NCBI GenBank assembly: GCA_965644295.1
Contig: CBFFRP010000146.1
Span: 1-64,000 of the forward strand
Length of the DNA: 64,000 nt
Reading direction: 5' to 3'
Source of the DNA: Paraphysomonas bandaiensis
Taxonomy: Eukaryota; Protista; Chrysophyceae
This document shows positions 49,176 to 63,249 of this stretch, piece by piece (the first letter of the stretch is position 1; the number at the start of each line of letters is the position of its first letter). The translations under genes and the position numbers were made by a program. The notes under the pieces were generated by a model. That model was not told the origin of the DNA. It saw nothing but the letters and a program-made list of their open reading frames with translations, and searched no databases.

Positions 49176-50940
49176 AAGTGAGGCTCTTGCATTCGTAAAT
49201 CCTTGGGACACGATTGTTCAATTAAATATCGGATATTTTATATAATGATTATGTTGAGCATCGTCACAATTTTTGGCACATGTGTTTGCTTTATTTACAT
49301 AGGCGCATGTCTGGCCTGTCACCATAACCATATAACAATTGAAAGTACATATTCATTGCTTTAATTTAGATTACCATGCTATTTCAGTTGAAGTGATACT
49401 ACTATCAACGGCAATATTTGTGAGTTACGACGAACACAAAATATAATACACGACAACTCATAAATAGATTACGAATCGGTTTTTCAGTTTAGGAGCGTTT
49501 TAATTTCACACATGTTTTGAATTTCACTCGCATAATTCTAGTTTGATTGTCTTATATCTAGAGTAGTACATAGACAATCAAGTGCACTTTGTAATCGTAT
49601 AATAACACAAACTTAGCAGCTGTACCTTATTTACCTTCCAAAGACTAAAGACTGTGGCCAGCATGTAAGTAGTGTGTATTGTGTATGCATCAATTATAAC
49701 GCTCAGCTGTTATCAGAAACGTATTATATAAGTTATTTAATACAATACTGTTTGCTCAAGCTCATTGACACTTGTGGCCTAAGGTCTGTAGCATGTATAT
49801 TTATATAAACTATGAAGGATTGAGTCACCGATTATGACTCAGAGTATGAGGTGTGAGTATGAGAAAAATTGTGATTAGGTAATCTGTAGGTAGTCTTTGC
49901 TCGGCAGCATAGTGTGTTTGATTATCATGTGATTTTAAGAACATGTTATAAAAAGCGAAATATACGCATGTATTTTGCTGGTGATTAAGAACGATACTAC
50001 TATATTACAATAGTAAAGTTGGACCGGTTAAAAAGTATTGCAATATATTTAATGGGACGCTATCTAACAACAGTATTACTATATTTTGTTTCCTTACACA
50101 GATTCCTAGGCATAGAACACTTACTATTTATTCAAATTTGAGTTTTCAGGATTGTATAATCAATGAAAGTTCGCAAGTGGGCGTGGATATTTTGTCCCAA
50201 CCAGGTGACTTGACATGCTTATACATAACTGCGTAATGTGCTACATAATCATTAATTTTAAAAGGGTATGGTACTTTATCGACTTTTCTATATGCTGTCA
50301 TACAGTCTAAATTTCGCATATTCCCCATATATCTATTCTTGACTAACTAATGTAGGAAATGGACAGACTCTAGAGATTTCACTAAAGAACAATCAAGTAT
50401 ATGTTCCACACATTGGCAAAGAATTACAGGTGACAAGCTTTTCTAATGTTGTTTATAGTAATATTCGGTCTCATTCTCTTACAACAGCACCGCTTACACT
50501 GGATACAATGCATATTAGTTCAATTTTATAAGATAAGGCTTGCAATTCTGCCTGTATTCATTCGACACACGTCCACTAGACTGGCATCTTTATCAGCCTG
50601 TGCTATATATCCATCATAACATCCTCATATCTATATAGCTACGTGCCATAGATATCTGACCTCAACAAGGTGCATAGTATCTGCAATATACCGCCATATA
50701 CCACAGTATACCACAGTATACCCTCGATCGAATTTTCAGGAGTGCCTTTTCAAGATACGTCGTTGAAAAGGATACACAGATATAAGTATAGAAAAAAAAA
50801 ACACACTTCCATTTCTATGATGTTAAATTTTATCGTTGTGAGTGCTGATCTCAGTAGAGTTTAACGAGTAAGGTAGCATAGTCCCTGCTGAGCAAGTTAA
50901 TCCAAGTCTCAATCATTACCACCTTATTGCCACACTAATC

Positions 50941-53900
50941 ATGACTACATTTGAAGAACATACTTGGGTGTGGATTACCGATGAGGTGGAGATTGGTTTG
51001 TTGTGTATATGTGATGTGTTGACATATATATATGTATAGGAGGAGAGGTACCTTCCAGCTGAGGTTCTCAAACCTTTCAAGAAAGGAGAAGCTACCACAG
51101 TTCGAACTGAAGATGGCGAGGTACGGATGTGATTATATAGTGCTTTGATTTATTTATATATACAGGATCATGCCTTAACTGCAGCGCAATCCAGCGAGCT
51201 GATAGAGTGCAACCCAGAAGCACTTAACTCATCCATTGATGATCTTATCAATATCAGTGATCTCAATGAGATGTCTATTTTGCATAATTTACGTATTCGA
51301 TACAAAGAGGATCGTATTTACACCAGTGTATCTTCTATTTTAATATCTGTGAATCCTTTTAAGCTTCTCCCTCTCTACACGCCCGAAGTACTGGATCTAT
51401 ACCGCACTGGTTCCAGGGACAAACCACCACATGTATTTGCAGTTGCGTACAATGCATACAGTAGTATGCTCTCTGATGGCAATGATCAATCTGTTGTTAT
51501 ATCTGGTGAATCCGGGGCTGGGAAATCAGAAGCTACCAAGCTCATTTTACAGGTGCATATTTGAATAATACGTACCTCCTTTTTAATAATTAATCTCTAT
51601 ATACAGTTTCTAACGGATGTATCTACCCGCCAATCCGGATCTACATCTAAAGCATCAAGCAATTTGGAACAGCAGATTTTGGCCGCGAATCCCATTCTTG
51701 AAGCATTCGGTAATGCCAAGACTCTGAGAAACAACAATTCTTCTCGATTTGGAAAGCTCATCACAGTGAACTTCGATAGCAATGGGTCTATTATTGGTGG
51801 AGGCATTATCAATTATCTCTTAGAAAAATCACGAGTTGTTGGCCAAGCGGTAAGGTGTCGTATTTTTACATTATTTTTTAATATTATCTTTACAGACTGG
51901 AGAACGCAATTACCACATATTTTATCAACTGCTCGCTGCTGGAGATGCTAACGAGGAGCTTCAAAGTCGACTGAAACTTCAAGATCCAGAACTTTTCAAC
52001 TTCACAGGTCAGAGTGGTGTGATTCATATCGATGGGGTATCTGACGAGAAAGAGTTCGATGACGTGAAGGTACGACATATACGCGTTTGTTAGTCCTTTC
52101 TTTTTCTCACTTCTTGCTGACAGAACGCCATGAATGTATTGAAATTCACGAGCGATGAGCAAGACTCAATACTTCGTACTGTAGCGGGTGTATTGCACTT
52201 CGGCAACGTAAAATTTTTAGAAGAGAAGCGCGCAATGGAGGAAGACGGATGCGTTGTAGCCAATCCCGATGTTGTGGCCCACGCATCGTCGCTGTGGGGA
52301 GTAGATCCTGATTCCGTTAACAAGAGCCTTACGTCAAAGAATATTGGGACGAGATCTATTATTCTTGTACGGTACAACATTACCCAGGCCCAGGATGCTC
52401 GAGATGCAATGGCAAAGCGAGTATATGCAGAGCTGTTCCAATACATGGTGGACCGTATCAACGATGTGTTATCGTCTACTGGAATTGAAAGGCACCATTT
52501 TATCGGAGTTCTGGATATATTTGGCTTCGAATCATTTGAAGTGAATTCATTTGAACAGGTGGGTTTTATTTTTGTATTGAGTGTTAACTAAGTTTATTCC
52601 TATGTAGCTATGTATTAACTACTGTAACGAAAAGCTGCAATTTCATTTCAATGAACATATCTTTCGCTTGGAACAAATGTTGTACGAATCGGAGGGAATT
52701 ACTATATCGAGCACTGCCTTCCAAGATAACCAACCGACGTTGGATCTACTTGAGGCGAAGATAACAGGGCTATTCAGCATGTGTGATGAGGAGATCTCTG
52801 TACCCAGGGGCAGCGATGATGGAATGCTTCAAAAGATACTACAGAAGCACGCCGGTAAACACCCAAATCTTTTACGTCCCAAGGCCAAAGACTGTAAGGA
52901 TAATCTCAAATGTTTTGGTGTGCTACACTATGCGGGCCCTGTTTTTTACAATGTGACGAATTTCCTCGAGAAAAATAAGGACCAGGTCCACCAGGATATC
53001 ATCGGCGTCTTGAAAAACTCCACTGTTCCGCTCGTTCAAAAGTTGTTTGAGAGCGTTGGGTCATCTGATGCCGGTGCTGGCAAGCCCACTCGTGGTAGAA
53101 CTGCGACGGTCATGAAAAAGTCGGCGGCAAAGACCCTGGGTGCTCAATTTAAGCAGCAATTGACGGAACTGATGGATACACTGAATTCTACATTTCCTCA
53201 TTTTATTCGTTGTATGAAACCAAATGATAAAAAGTGCGGCAACCTGTTTACAGCTGGGCGGATGGTTGACCAGTTGAGGTATGCAGGTCTTGTAGAGGTT
53301 TGCAGAATTCGCAAACTTGGCTACCCCGTCCGTCGCGATTTTGATGCGTTTTACAAACGTTATCGCTGCTGTGATACCACTGCTCGCACCCTTGATGCGT
53401 TATTAGAATCACTGGTGGCACAGAAGTGCTTATCTGAGGGTGAGTGGGCTAAGGGCCACTCCAAGATATTCCTTAGAACCCAGCAATCGACGAACCTGGA
53501 GCTTCGACGTGAAAAAGCGTTCGCAGAGGTTGCAATCAATGTTCAAAAAATAATGCGGTCGCACTTGGCGAAGAAACGCTTCCGTTATTGGATGAAACTT
53601 ATTCAGCAAGTCAAGGATGGCATTCAAAAGAGGGACGAAGAGACTCTTACATATGCTATCGACATGAGTTTCGAGCTTCCTCATGGCGGTAACCACATTA
53701 CTGTTATCAAGGAAGCAAAGGTATGTTGTTTTGTATGTGTTACGATTACGTAATGTTTTCGAATGGTAGGTTCTACAAGCCCGGTTGCGTGAAGAGAACC
53801 GCGTTAAGTTGCTCCTTCAGAATGCAATCAATGCTCGCGAAATGAGTTCGTTGAAGAGTGCAATCGCTGCTGCTGAGGGTATGAGTCCACCTCTGGCGAC

Positions 53901-56900
53901 ACCATTGATTGCGGAAGCTCAGAGTGTCTTGGTTCGTCTCATCGAAGAAAACAAACTCAAGAGCGACCTAGTGTCTGCTATTGGGTCTCGAAACCGTGCA
54001 GCTTTGACTGACCTTCTGGTCAAAGCCCAACAGTTGGGCATGGATTGCAACGAAACTCGTCAGGCTGCTGCACTCAAGAGCCGATTGGAAGAAGAAGATC
54101 GTGCAATTGAATCTCTTAAGAATGCAGTGAACTCACGTGAGCTAGAGACGTTGAGTGCCGCTGTTGCTAAGTGCACGAACATGGGAATGGAATCAGCAGA
54201 CATTACTGCCGCTAAGTCTCTCTTGAGTACTCTTACTGCTGAGAAAAGTGCCCGCGACGCTATCACTGAGGCCATCGGTACGCGTGACCTAAATGCCCTC
54301 AAGAGAGCATTATCGCAAGCCTCTTCCATGGGAATAAGCTCGTCTGTGTCTGAGGTTGTTGAAGGCAATAAGCTACAGAAGGTCCTTGAAAACGAGGTGG
54401 CCGCAGTTGCTGCACTTGATGCCGCCACTGATTCTGGAAACCTGAGCACTATCGAATCCGCTATTACGGGTGCTCTGTCTGTTGGGTTGAAGTCTGATAG
54501 TTGCGCTTCTTTGGAGGCTGCTATTGCTATGCGTGATAATCTCATTGCTGAAAGAGATTGCTTAGCAGAACTTGCGTCTGCGTCTGCATCTAGCGAGATA
54601 GGAAAGCTCGCCAAAGCTCTTGCCGAGGCTAGTCGTCTCGGTCTGTCTGGCCCACAGGTACTTTTAGTTGTATGCACAAAATAATTCCTGACTATATGCG
54701 TAGGTTGATGAAGCTCGTGCTAAAAGCAAAGCGCTTGGTGCTCGGAGTGAAACCTTGGACCGCCTCAGTGCCGTCGCTTCTGGTGATGTTCTTGATGACT
54801 TAGCTGCAGCCCTAGCAGAAGCAGAACGTATGGGTCTTGCTAATACTCCTGAAGCACAAGCTGCAGCTGCTAAGCGTGACAGACTGAAGGAGGAGCAGTC
54901 ATTGGTTGAAGAGTTAGACAGATTAACAGCAACTGCAACCACTGCTAACCAGCAGGAACTATCTCGTGTTGTTGCCCAAGCAATGAGAATGGGACTCAAT
55001 ACCAAGTATCCTGAAAAGATGGCAGCTTCGAAGGCCCGTGCTAAAGCCCTTGGTGAGGAAGTTCAGTTTATAATGAAGATCGAGGTCGCATTCCGCAACA
55101 ATGATATGGACAACATGAAGGAATGCATCTCTCAAGCGACTGCGGCTGGTGTGAGCACCGCTTTTGGGGAAAAGAAAATGCAGGAGTTACAACACCGACA
55201 GAAAATTACAAATGCATTGATTCCCGCCCTCAATGCTAAGGACAATGATGCCGTCCTAAATCTTTTGCGACAAGCTGATGAATGCGGATTACGCAATGAA
55301 ACTGTTGATCAAGCTCGCCTCTTCGCTGATCGCGCTGGTGTTGAAACACGACTCTATGCGGCGTTCGAACGTGCTGAAAAGGAAATGGATTTGAAAGCAC
55401 TTAACGAAGCACTTGAGACTGCAATTGAACTTGGACTGCGCACTCCGGATGTTGAGAAGGCGGAGAAGAGTCGGTCTAGACTAGAGGTTTTTGATAGCGC
55501 TGCCAGTGATATAACCGCTGCTTCTCAAGTAGTTGTTGTAAAACTCGAATCTGGTATTGTTGCTGATGATTTGACGGCACTAAAGCAGGCAATTGCCAAA
55601 GCGGAAGCGGTATGATGTATATATACATGTATTTTATTTTATTTGTTCTTGCGCAGTTGAATCCACCCGCCGGTTGGGGGCCCCTGGCTTCAGCTAAAAA
55701 GAATCTTGAGCTATATGAGCGGCATATTGTTACCCGTCAAGAGTTAATTAATGCACTAGCATCTTCCGATAAAGTTCAGCTTAGGGCTGCCCTTAGCAAT
55801 GCTGAGAATCTGGAAATGCGAATCGAGGAGGTAGGGAATGAGTTTCCTCCGGCCCCGATCTGTACCAACTGCATGTATGTAGGTGAAGCGTGTCCGTGAA
55901 GCCCTAAAGGGAACTGTAAGCGCGCCCACTGAAAGAGCAGCTCCAGTTGAAGACCAAGATTATGAAGAAGCTGAAAAGGCTCGTGAAGAACGGAAGAACA
56001 TCGCAAGACAGGCCCGTTTCGACTTGAAAAACTTTGCTGGACTGCGCACTCCAGACGACTTTGCTAAAGGTGCAATTCTCAATAAGCAGAGCGTCAAAGA
56101 CAAGTTCCTTATTTGGCAGGTGAGATGTTTAAATGTGATTTACCTGTGCGGAATTCATTTTTTCGTAGGGCACAGTAATATCCAAATCACTGATGGATCT
56201 ACCCAAGGATCTAAGTAAGGTGGCCATTCAAATCCACAAGGACTTACTGGGTTACATGGGAGACAAGCACATGCCTTTCCCTGCAATGCTTGCCCAGGAT
56301 GTTCTTCGTAAGGGGTATGAAATATCCCCAATTCGTGACGAGATCTTCCTTCAGATCATTAAACAACTGTCTACCAATCCTAGAGCCGAGTCGGTGGCTA
56401 AGGGCTGGCAGCTGATGTGTATGTGCGTGAGTACTTTCCCTCCATCCCCTGATTTCGAAAACTTCTTATTACATTACATCTTGAATAAGTTGGAGCGGGG
56501 GCGAGGTGCGGTTGTTGACTATGCGAAGTACTGCCTACGAACACTGGAGGGCATGCTCAGCTCAGGAGAGAGCAGTGGCTTTGTGCCGTCAGTGGAAGAG
56601 ATCCAGGCTTACAAGGAGCGTCCACCCATTCTTGCAACTATCGAATTGGTTGACGGGCAAGTGATCACTGAGGATCTACCCGTAACCCCAGATCTTAATG
56701 TTGGGAAAGTGCTGGAAATATGCTCTGGTTGGCTTGATCTCAAAGACAGCAGGGCAAATACCATGGGGATATTTGTGTATGATCTGGGAGAGATTGTATC
56801 TGATAGCTCCAAAGATACCCCAGATCCGTATGCTAATGCACCGTATGCAGACTTGATTCGTACACCGCGCCCTCTTCGTAATGAAGATTTTATGGGCGAC

Positions 56901-57684
56901 GTCATCGTTCAAAAAGCCCGGCAGAGGAGAAGGTTCAAGTTTGTCATTAAGAAGAAAATATTCTTACCTCAACACTACCATCGTGGTGACGACCCCTATT
57001 ATGAGAGGTTGGTGTACCTCCAAGCTGAAGACGAGATAATTGTGCAAGGAAATGTCATGGTTGGGTCGGAAAATGATGCTGCTCATATGGCTGCGATATC
57101 TATGATTGTTGCATTTGGCGACGAAATGCCAGACACTGTTGATGGGCTTCTCGCTGAAGGTGTGTCCGATTTTGTGCCTCCCTCATGGCGCGAGACGCGA
57201 AGCCCGGAGGAGTGGGCTAAAATGATTCTTACTCATAGAAGTCGACTAATCAACATTGAGTCCGAAAATCTACAGGCAGAATTTGTCAGCATGGCGCAGC
57301 AGCTAGCGTACTATGGTACCCATTGGTTTTATGTGTACAAGGTCAATAACCAACCCAAGCTCGTTGCTGATTTACCGCGGGAACTCATATTGGCATTTAA
57401 CTCTGATGGTATGCATATTTTTGCTATGGATAAAACCCTTTTGCATAGCTTTGCATTCGCGGATATCTACAGGTGAGCAAATCTTTATTTTAATAACATT
57501 TCCGTAATGAAATCTGATGTACAGATGGGGTGGTAGCTCCAGCCAGTTTTCGCTAATTATTTGGGACAGCGAAATTAAGGAGAGTTTTGAATTTATTGTG
57601 ACCACTGCTCAGGCCGCGGATATGGCTGCCATTATTCTAGATCATATCCGTACAATAATGTCTCTGCAGGATGCGGAAGCTTAA
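50941..57684 (+). CDS. Myosin heavy chain: motor, IQ, helical repeat tail, MyTH4-FERM (many exons)
   Basis: [44 protein letters not shown]; IQ-like [12 protein letters not shown]; [25 protein letters not shown] (MyTH4); FERM-like C-terminus. Confidence 0.95.
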
Positions 57685-57995
57685 GTTCTTTTGTTGCAGC
57701 AACTCTTGTACCCCTGCACGGAATTGTGTATGATTTGTTACAATTGTGCACCAATCAAATATTGGCGGAGCAGCCACAGCTGTGTTGCTCTTTAATAATT
57801 TAGAATATTAAGAATCAAATATCATGATTATTATCTATTCCCTCAGTTATACGTACCACTATAGCGTAGAGAAATATGAGATTATAAGAATTGAACAGCT
57901 ACCTTCGCAAAAGTAATTCGATTACTACATACATGCACACTAGCAGCATTGCAGGTTAGAGATGGCGCATTGCCATGCGGACGGAGCCAGGGTCC

Positions 57996-58357
57996 CAAAT
58001 CAAATAAATCGATGTCTTTGTTCTGAACGAAAGTTGAATGATATGGGATGTAGATTCACTGTGTGGTATGGCATTCAAATATACGACAGTATTACTGACG
58101 AGCTGGTGCTGGAAGGACCGATGACCGATGACCAATGGCATGACCGCAGTACCAACACAGGGTGAACATGTAGTCAATATCAGTGATAGAACGCGTGAAG
58201 ATGAGCTGGAATTGTTGCATAGGAGAGCAGGTCATTTTAACAAGCATGCTGCCAGTATCTGAAATCACAAGAATGCTACCAGCATGCACGGAGTTCTACA
58301 GACTCACCGGAGATTAACGCCATCGAGGAGAAATGACTTTAGCTGATATTGACTTCA
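57996..58357 (+). mobile_element. Internally deleted copia fragment (protease/integrase region)
   Basis: Blocks match 8151-8310, 8358-8458, 8862-8913 and 8937-8961 of the intact element (QINRCLCS.RKLNDMG.RFTVWYGIQIYD; ELELLHRRAGHFNKH; STDSPE.NAIEE). Confidence 0.88.
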
Positions 58358-59966
58358 TATTTACTCCGCGTTCCTGAAGCATCTGGCAATGCCAACAGTT
58401 TCTGTGTTGGCACACTGCGGTCATGCCATTGATCATCGGTCCTTCTAGCACCAGTTCCTCAGTATGGCTATTGTATATTTGGATTCCATATACCACACAG
58501 TGAATCTACATCCCATATCATTCAATTTTCTCCTAGAATAAAGAAAACGATTTATCTGATTTGACACCTCAATATTTTTCCATTCTCCACTGGTTCCCAC
58601 ACTTGGAGTTCCGATCCCCGTTTTGACCCATGATTGATCGAGCATGTATAGGAATTCAGCATACACATCACATATCATTCATTAGGAACATCGACGATGA
58701 GCAACAGGTATCCATATAATATGTATAGTGTATATCATCTTGAATACTGCATATATTCGCCTCATATAGATTACACGACATGTTGTACTCGATCATATTA
58801 GCTTCATCTTTAGCAGATAGTTTCACTGGTTCCCCTCGTCGAATATTTTCAACTGTTCACAGCTTCTTACCCGGATTTCGACCATAATATCTTTTACTTT
58901 TCTCTACTCTTGGAAAAGGCTTTCTCTTCATCTTTGATATTTTTTCACCCTTCTTCATATTTTTCTGCCTTTTTCTGCACTGTTCCGTAGAATGCCTTCC
59001 TCCTTACCATGAAAATAGTTTCCCCTATTATTGTGTTGATCACGCTCTCTCCGAAACGGTTTACTCTTCTCAATGAAGTTTCAGCTCCTCCACAATCTTG
59101 TGTTTCTGCTCTATTCCTAATCTCCCGGGAATGGAACCATCATAGAGAGCATTAAATTTTTCTTGATAACGTTGCATAATAAAATTTATTAGACATTAAA
59201 TATAAGACAACATTCAGAGGAGCATATTCCTCATTCAGCAAACCTTCCCGTAGTCTTGTGATTTTTGACAACACTCCGATATGTCCTGCTGCTGCTCCTG
59301 TAGTTCTTTCAGCAGTATACTGAGTCAGCAGTTCGCTGATCTTATTTTCTGCAAAGCATTTATTCAATTCTTCAATCATAACATGTGTTTTAAACCTCTA
59401 TGCAACAGATGGAACTTTTGGAGCGCCTCTAAAGGAGATTGCACTGCTTCCCTGCAGTACGAATAGGCTATATGTCATCCGCCTTCCAGGTCTTCTTCAT
59501 AGCTTGTCTGTAAGCCCTGTCCTCCGTTAACATGAGTGGCTGTTCTCCGAAGTCGCTTTCCTTAGGTGGCGGCTCCACCGCTACTTTACTCTGTTCCTTC
59601 CGAAACAGAAATGTCTCAAAATCCTCGATCCATTGCTCAACATTACCCTATAAATAAACTGCGGAACCACTCCTCTATCCTTCTTCTTTCGTCCTCGCTC
59701 GCTACCATGTTGGACAATGGTCATTCTTTAACTAGATAGATTAATTAATATCGTTTACACGAATCGTGACGAAAACAGAATATCCTCTTTGCACCACGCA
59801 TAACCTTCTACATGTGTGAACCTTTCGCTACTAAATATCTTGAAGGAGCAAACTATATTTCAGTTTCTCAATATTAATACATCACCATACTTCACTGTAA
59901 TCTCACACATTGTCTTCAAGTAACACACTGAATATACTAATCCATATTAGACACTTATATCTAATA
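58343..59966 (-). mobile_element. Degenerate 5' half of a related copia element (LTR 59708-59966, PBS, gag, protease)
   Basis: Reverse strand reads TATTAGA...LTR...ATGACCATTGTCCAACA TGGTAGCGAGCG, then frameshifted gag (RLREGLLNEEYA) and protease (MDTCCSSSMF, WKNIEVSNQINR). Confidence 0.92.
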
Positions 59967-60709
59967 CTGTAGTTCTATATAACTGAAAAACTAAAGTCTC
60001 GCCACGACACATGGGACGGTTTTTTTCAGTTGTTGTCATCTTTATGCTAGAATTGTGTATTCAATAATATCACTAATTAACCTATTTAGTCTGACGACTA
60101 AATCGGTCTCAGTGATAATAGTATGAACAAAAAATATTGAATTCGACGGAAAAACAGAATTGACTGCAACTCCAACATAATATTCATCCTGGACTGAAAC
60201 AGGACTTACATCTCATCGACACTATTATTATCTATTAGAATTACTTTTAGTTCATCGTGCAAATCGTTGTCTTGGGGATTGCATCGATCTCTCCGATAAC
60301 AGAGGCATTGGTTGTGTTGGTTATCGCTATCTCATGAAACATATCTGCTTCCCTGGTGATAGACCGGTAGATATTTAGAATATGTATTGGATAAATATTA
60401 CTTAACGAAATGTTGATATCCAGATGATATATATATTCACTCTCATTAAGAATTTTATTATGCGGTTTATTGTCGTCTATACTTTGGTACACTACAGGAA
60501 GGTATTGAATACAAAATACTATACTCATACGCACCACTTACATACCATATGGAGTTACAGCGGAGGCGATAGATCGCCATGTTAATCTATAAATTCAAGA
60601 TATATTTCCAATTATACAGGAGATTAAGGATAAGGGTAATTAGATATATATATAATATAACTACATGACCAGTCATAATAAGCGGCGTAATAAACTTTTC
60701 GAACATAAA

Positions 60710-62339
60710 TTAATCGTCGTCCGATGAGTCTTTTATATCCAGTAGATCTAAAAGATCAGGGCGCTCAGAGCTATTGCTCTCATATTCACTTTCACTACAA
60801 CAATCCCTCACGGGGCCAACAACCCATTTCTCTAACGCCTTTTGCACATCCAGAGAAATTTCTGACGCAAAACAGGAAGCCTCCTGACTCGCAGCAGTGA
60901 TTGAAGGGCTAATTGACTGTCCGCTAGACTTATTCGTATATAGTGGACCTGGCACTGGCACGTTGTCAGTATGATAAGTACTTGTGTCAGAAACATGTTT
61001 GGCTTCATGTTCTTTACTTTTGATTTCTGCTACGTCCTCTTCATAAAGGAACCCAGGTCGGGACCCAGTAAGGAGTTGTACCGCGGCCCTCACATCCCAT
61101 ATGTCGCTACCAGATCTAAGCGCCTTTGAGTCTACCGATAACTGTGGAAACTGACGTAACTGAGGTTTCTTTATCCTTTTACTTTTGATACGCTGTACCT
61201 CTTGTTGTCGCAGATGGCGCTCAGCATAATTTAACAACTTGTGAATATCAACCACACCACTAACTCCACCTATTTCCTGGTATATATCCATTGCCTGCTT
61301 TTTTTCTTCTGAACTTCCCCTGATAACTGGAGGCAGTAGCAAAGCCTGAATTTACATATATCATTCAACACAAAATCTACGAACAGAAAGGCTTATGTAC
61401 CTTAGTGACTGCTGGGTGTGATCTAAGAAGTTCAATGAATTCGTCTAACGAGAGCCCACATTGTTGACACCGATGATCTTCTAAATCATTCTCCCCATTT
61501 TTTCTTGTCTTAATATCCAAAGGCACTGAGGCGTCCGCCTGGATACCACTTTCAAGAACAGCTTGTGAATTAAGCAAGCGCTGATTCTGCTCCTTGTATT
61601 CTTTGGGTAAATCTGATGAGCGTTCGACACCCCCTTCCATTGACATTGGAGCGGAACATACATTCTCTCTAGACTTATTTGAAACACAATGGGATGTTGC
61701 ATCTAGTGGACATTCAGCACCCCGCTCCACTGATATTGGAGCAGAACATGCACTCCCTCTACTATCATTAGTAACATGATGGGGTGACATGGATGTCCTG
61801 CTCATTAATTGATCCATCCTCTTCTTCAAACTGTCATACTCAGGATCATAAGCGGAAGGCTGTATATCCACAACAGAATCTGTTTCACAGAGGTTGCGGG
61901 TAGATAGCGTAAACTTGTATCCTAACCCTGCTGTGGACTCTAGCACTTCACCAGATCCTGACGATTTCATTCTCCGTAATGTATCAAGAATAAAACCATC
62001 CCCTCCCTCATGAAGAGAAGAAGATATATCGGAATCAGCGCTATTCTGGCGATCAAATGATCTATTCTTGTGAACTCGGTTGTTTGAATGACCGACAGGA
62101 GAGGAACTTCCTAATGATTCTGCCTCACTACTTTCATTTCCGCTGTTAAGAGAACTCTGTCGTGATTCTTTCCTTCTAAATAATGATTGTCTTCGAAATA
62201 CGGACATAATACTGCTTTTTGTTTTCTTGTTGTTATCATTAGCTGACTTCTGTGTGCCATCACTATCACACTTAGAGTTGCTGCGCTTAGATTTTGTTAA
62301 GTAAGAAAGCCATGATTTACGAGGAGGAGATCCACTCAT
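60710..62339 (-). CDS. Hypothetical Ser-rich protein (2 exons)
   Basis: Two long ORFs joined by a short GT-AG intron (~61346-61400). Mostly low-complexity; LSLDEFIELL may be EF-hand-like. Confidence 0.65.
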
Positions 62340-63249
62340 TATCAACTAAGAAAATTTGTAGTGACTTGAGTTGATTGGGTTAATAGAAGACAGTGCAGCT
62401 GGTCATATATATGAAAGCTTAAGCTGTATAATACACAATGTGCTATGCTATTGCAACTCCCGACTATGTCCAGCGACAGAAAACATGCAATTTCCGAGGC
62501 TGATTAAGATTATTTGCAATAAAGATTCGATATAATCTGCATTAATGAGTATAGAGCGATGTGGTAGTTGAGCGAGAACTGTCATCATATCATTTCAATT
62601 AACGGCTGTGTAATTTAACGGTTTCGGGCAGCTGCCCGTGATGTATTTTGTATGTACAGCAGAGTGTATACCCTCCTATATGGATTCTTTCAGCCGTAAA
62701 CCAGTACAGAGTATACCATATGGTTTGTGAATCTTAATATACTGTATTTGTGGCATGAAATCCCACATTTATAGTAAAACCCTCTGTCAAAATGTGTTAT
62801 AATAACCATGAATTTTGACAACAATACAATGTAGAAACCTTAGAAATTCAATTTTCCGAAACATATTGATGCAAAAAAAACTATAGATAGATCTGCATTG
62901 GGGTGAACCTCTTGTACAGCTGTATTCAAGGCGACAACCCTATACATACAGTACCACCATATACCATACACACATACAGCAGCAGAGGTATCCTGAGAGA
63001 GCTGTAGAATATACAGTGAGGTGTGCGTAGTGTAGATATGGGAAATATTCACACTCAACTCACCTCTTGAGTATATATACACACAGCTACAAGAGTTGAT
63101 TAAGCAGATTACCCGATCGGGAATATACCCTCTATTGTATCCATATATTAACAATGCAAGTCGGTGTATCTTCTTCGTAATAAGCTTCTATCCTTCCCTT
63201 AATAAGACTATACATACATACCATACATACAGATACATCATAGCATAAC

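Noticed and set aside
50146-50328. 60-aa ORF MGNMRNLDC..., and the Pro-rich reading at ~30960-31250
   Set aside because: Possibly gene relics, but no recognisable family or consistent exon structure.
54060-55005. Antisense ORFs over myosin (also over copia pol, the channel and CCDC148)
   Set aside because: Shadows of codon bias on the coding strand; no independent motifs.
60247-60537. 96-aa minus-strand ORF with SVIGEID (LSM8-like word)
   Set aside because: Rest of the Sm fold is absent; non-ATG start; unsupported.
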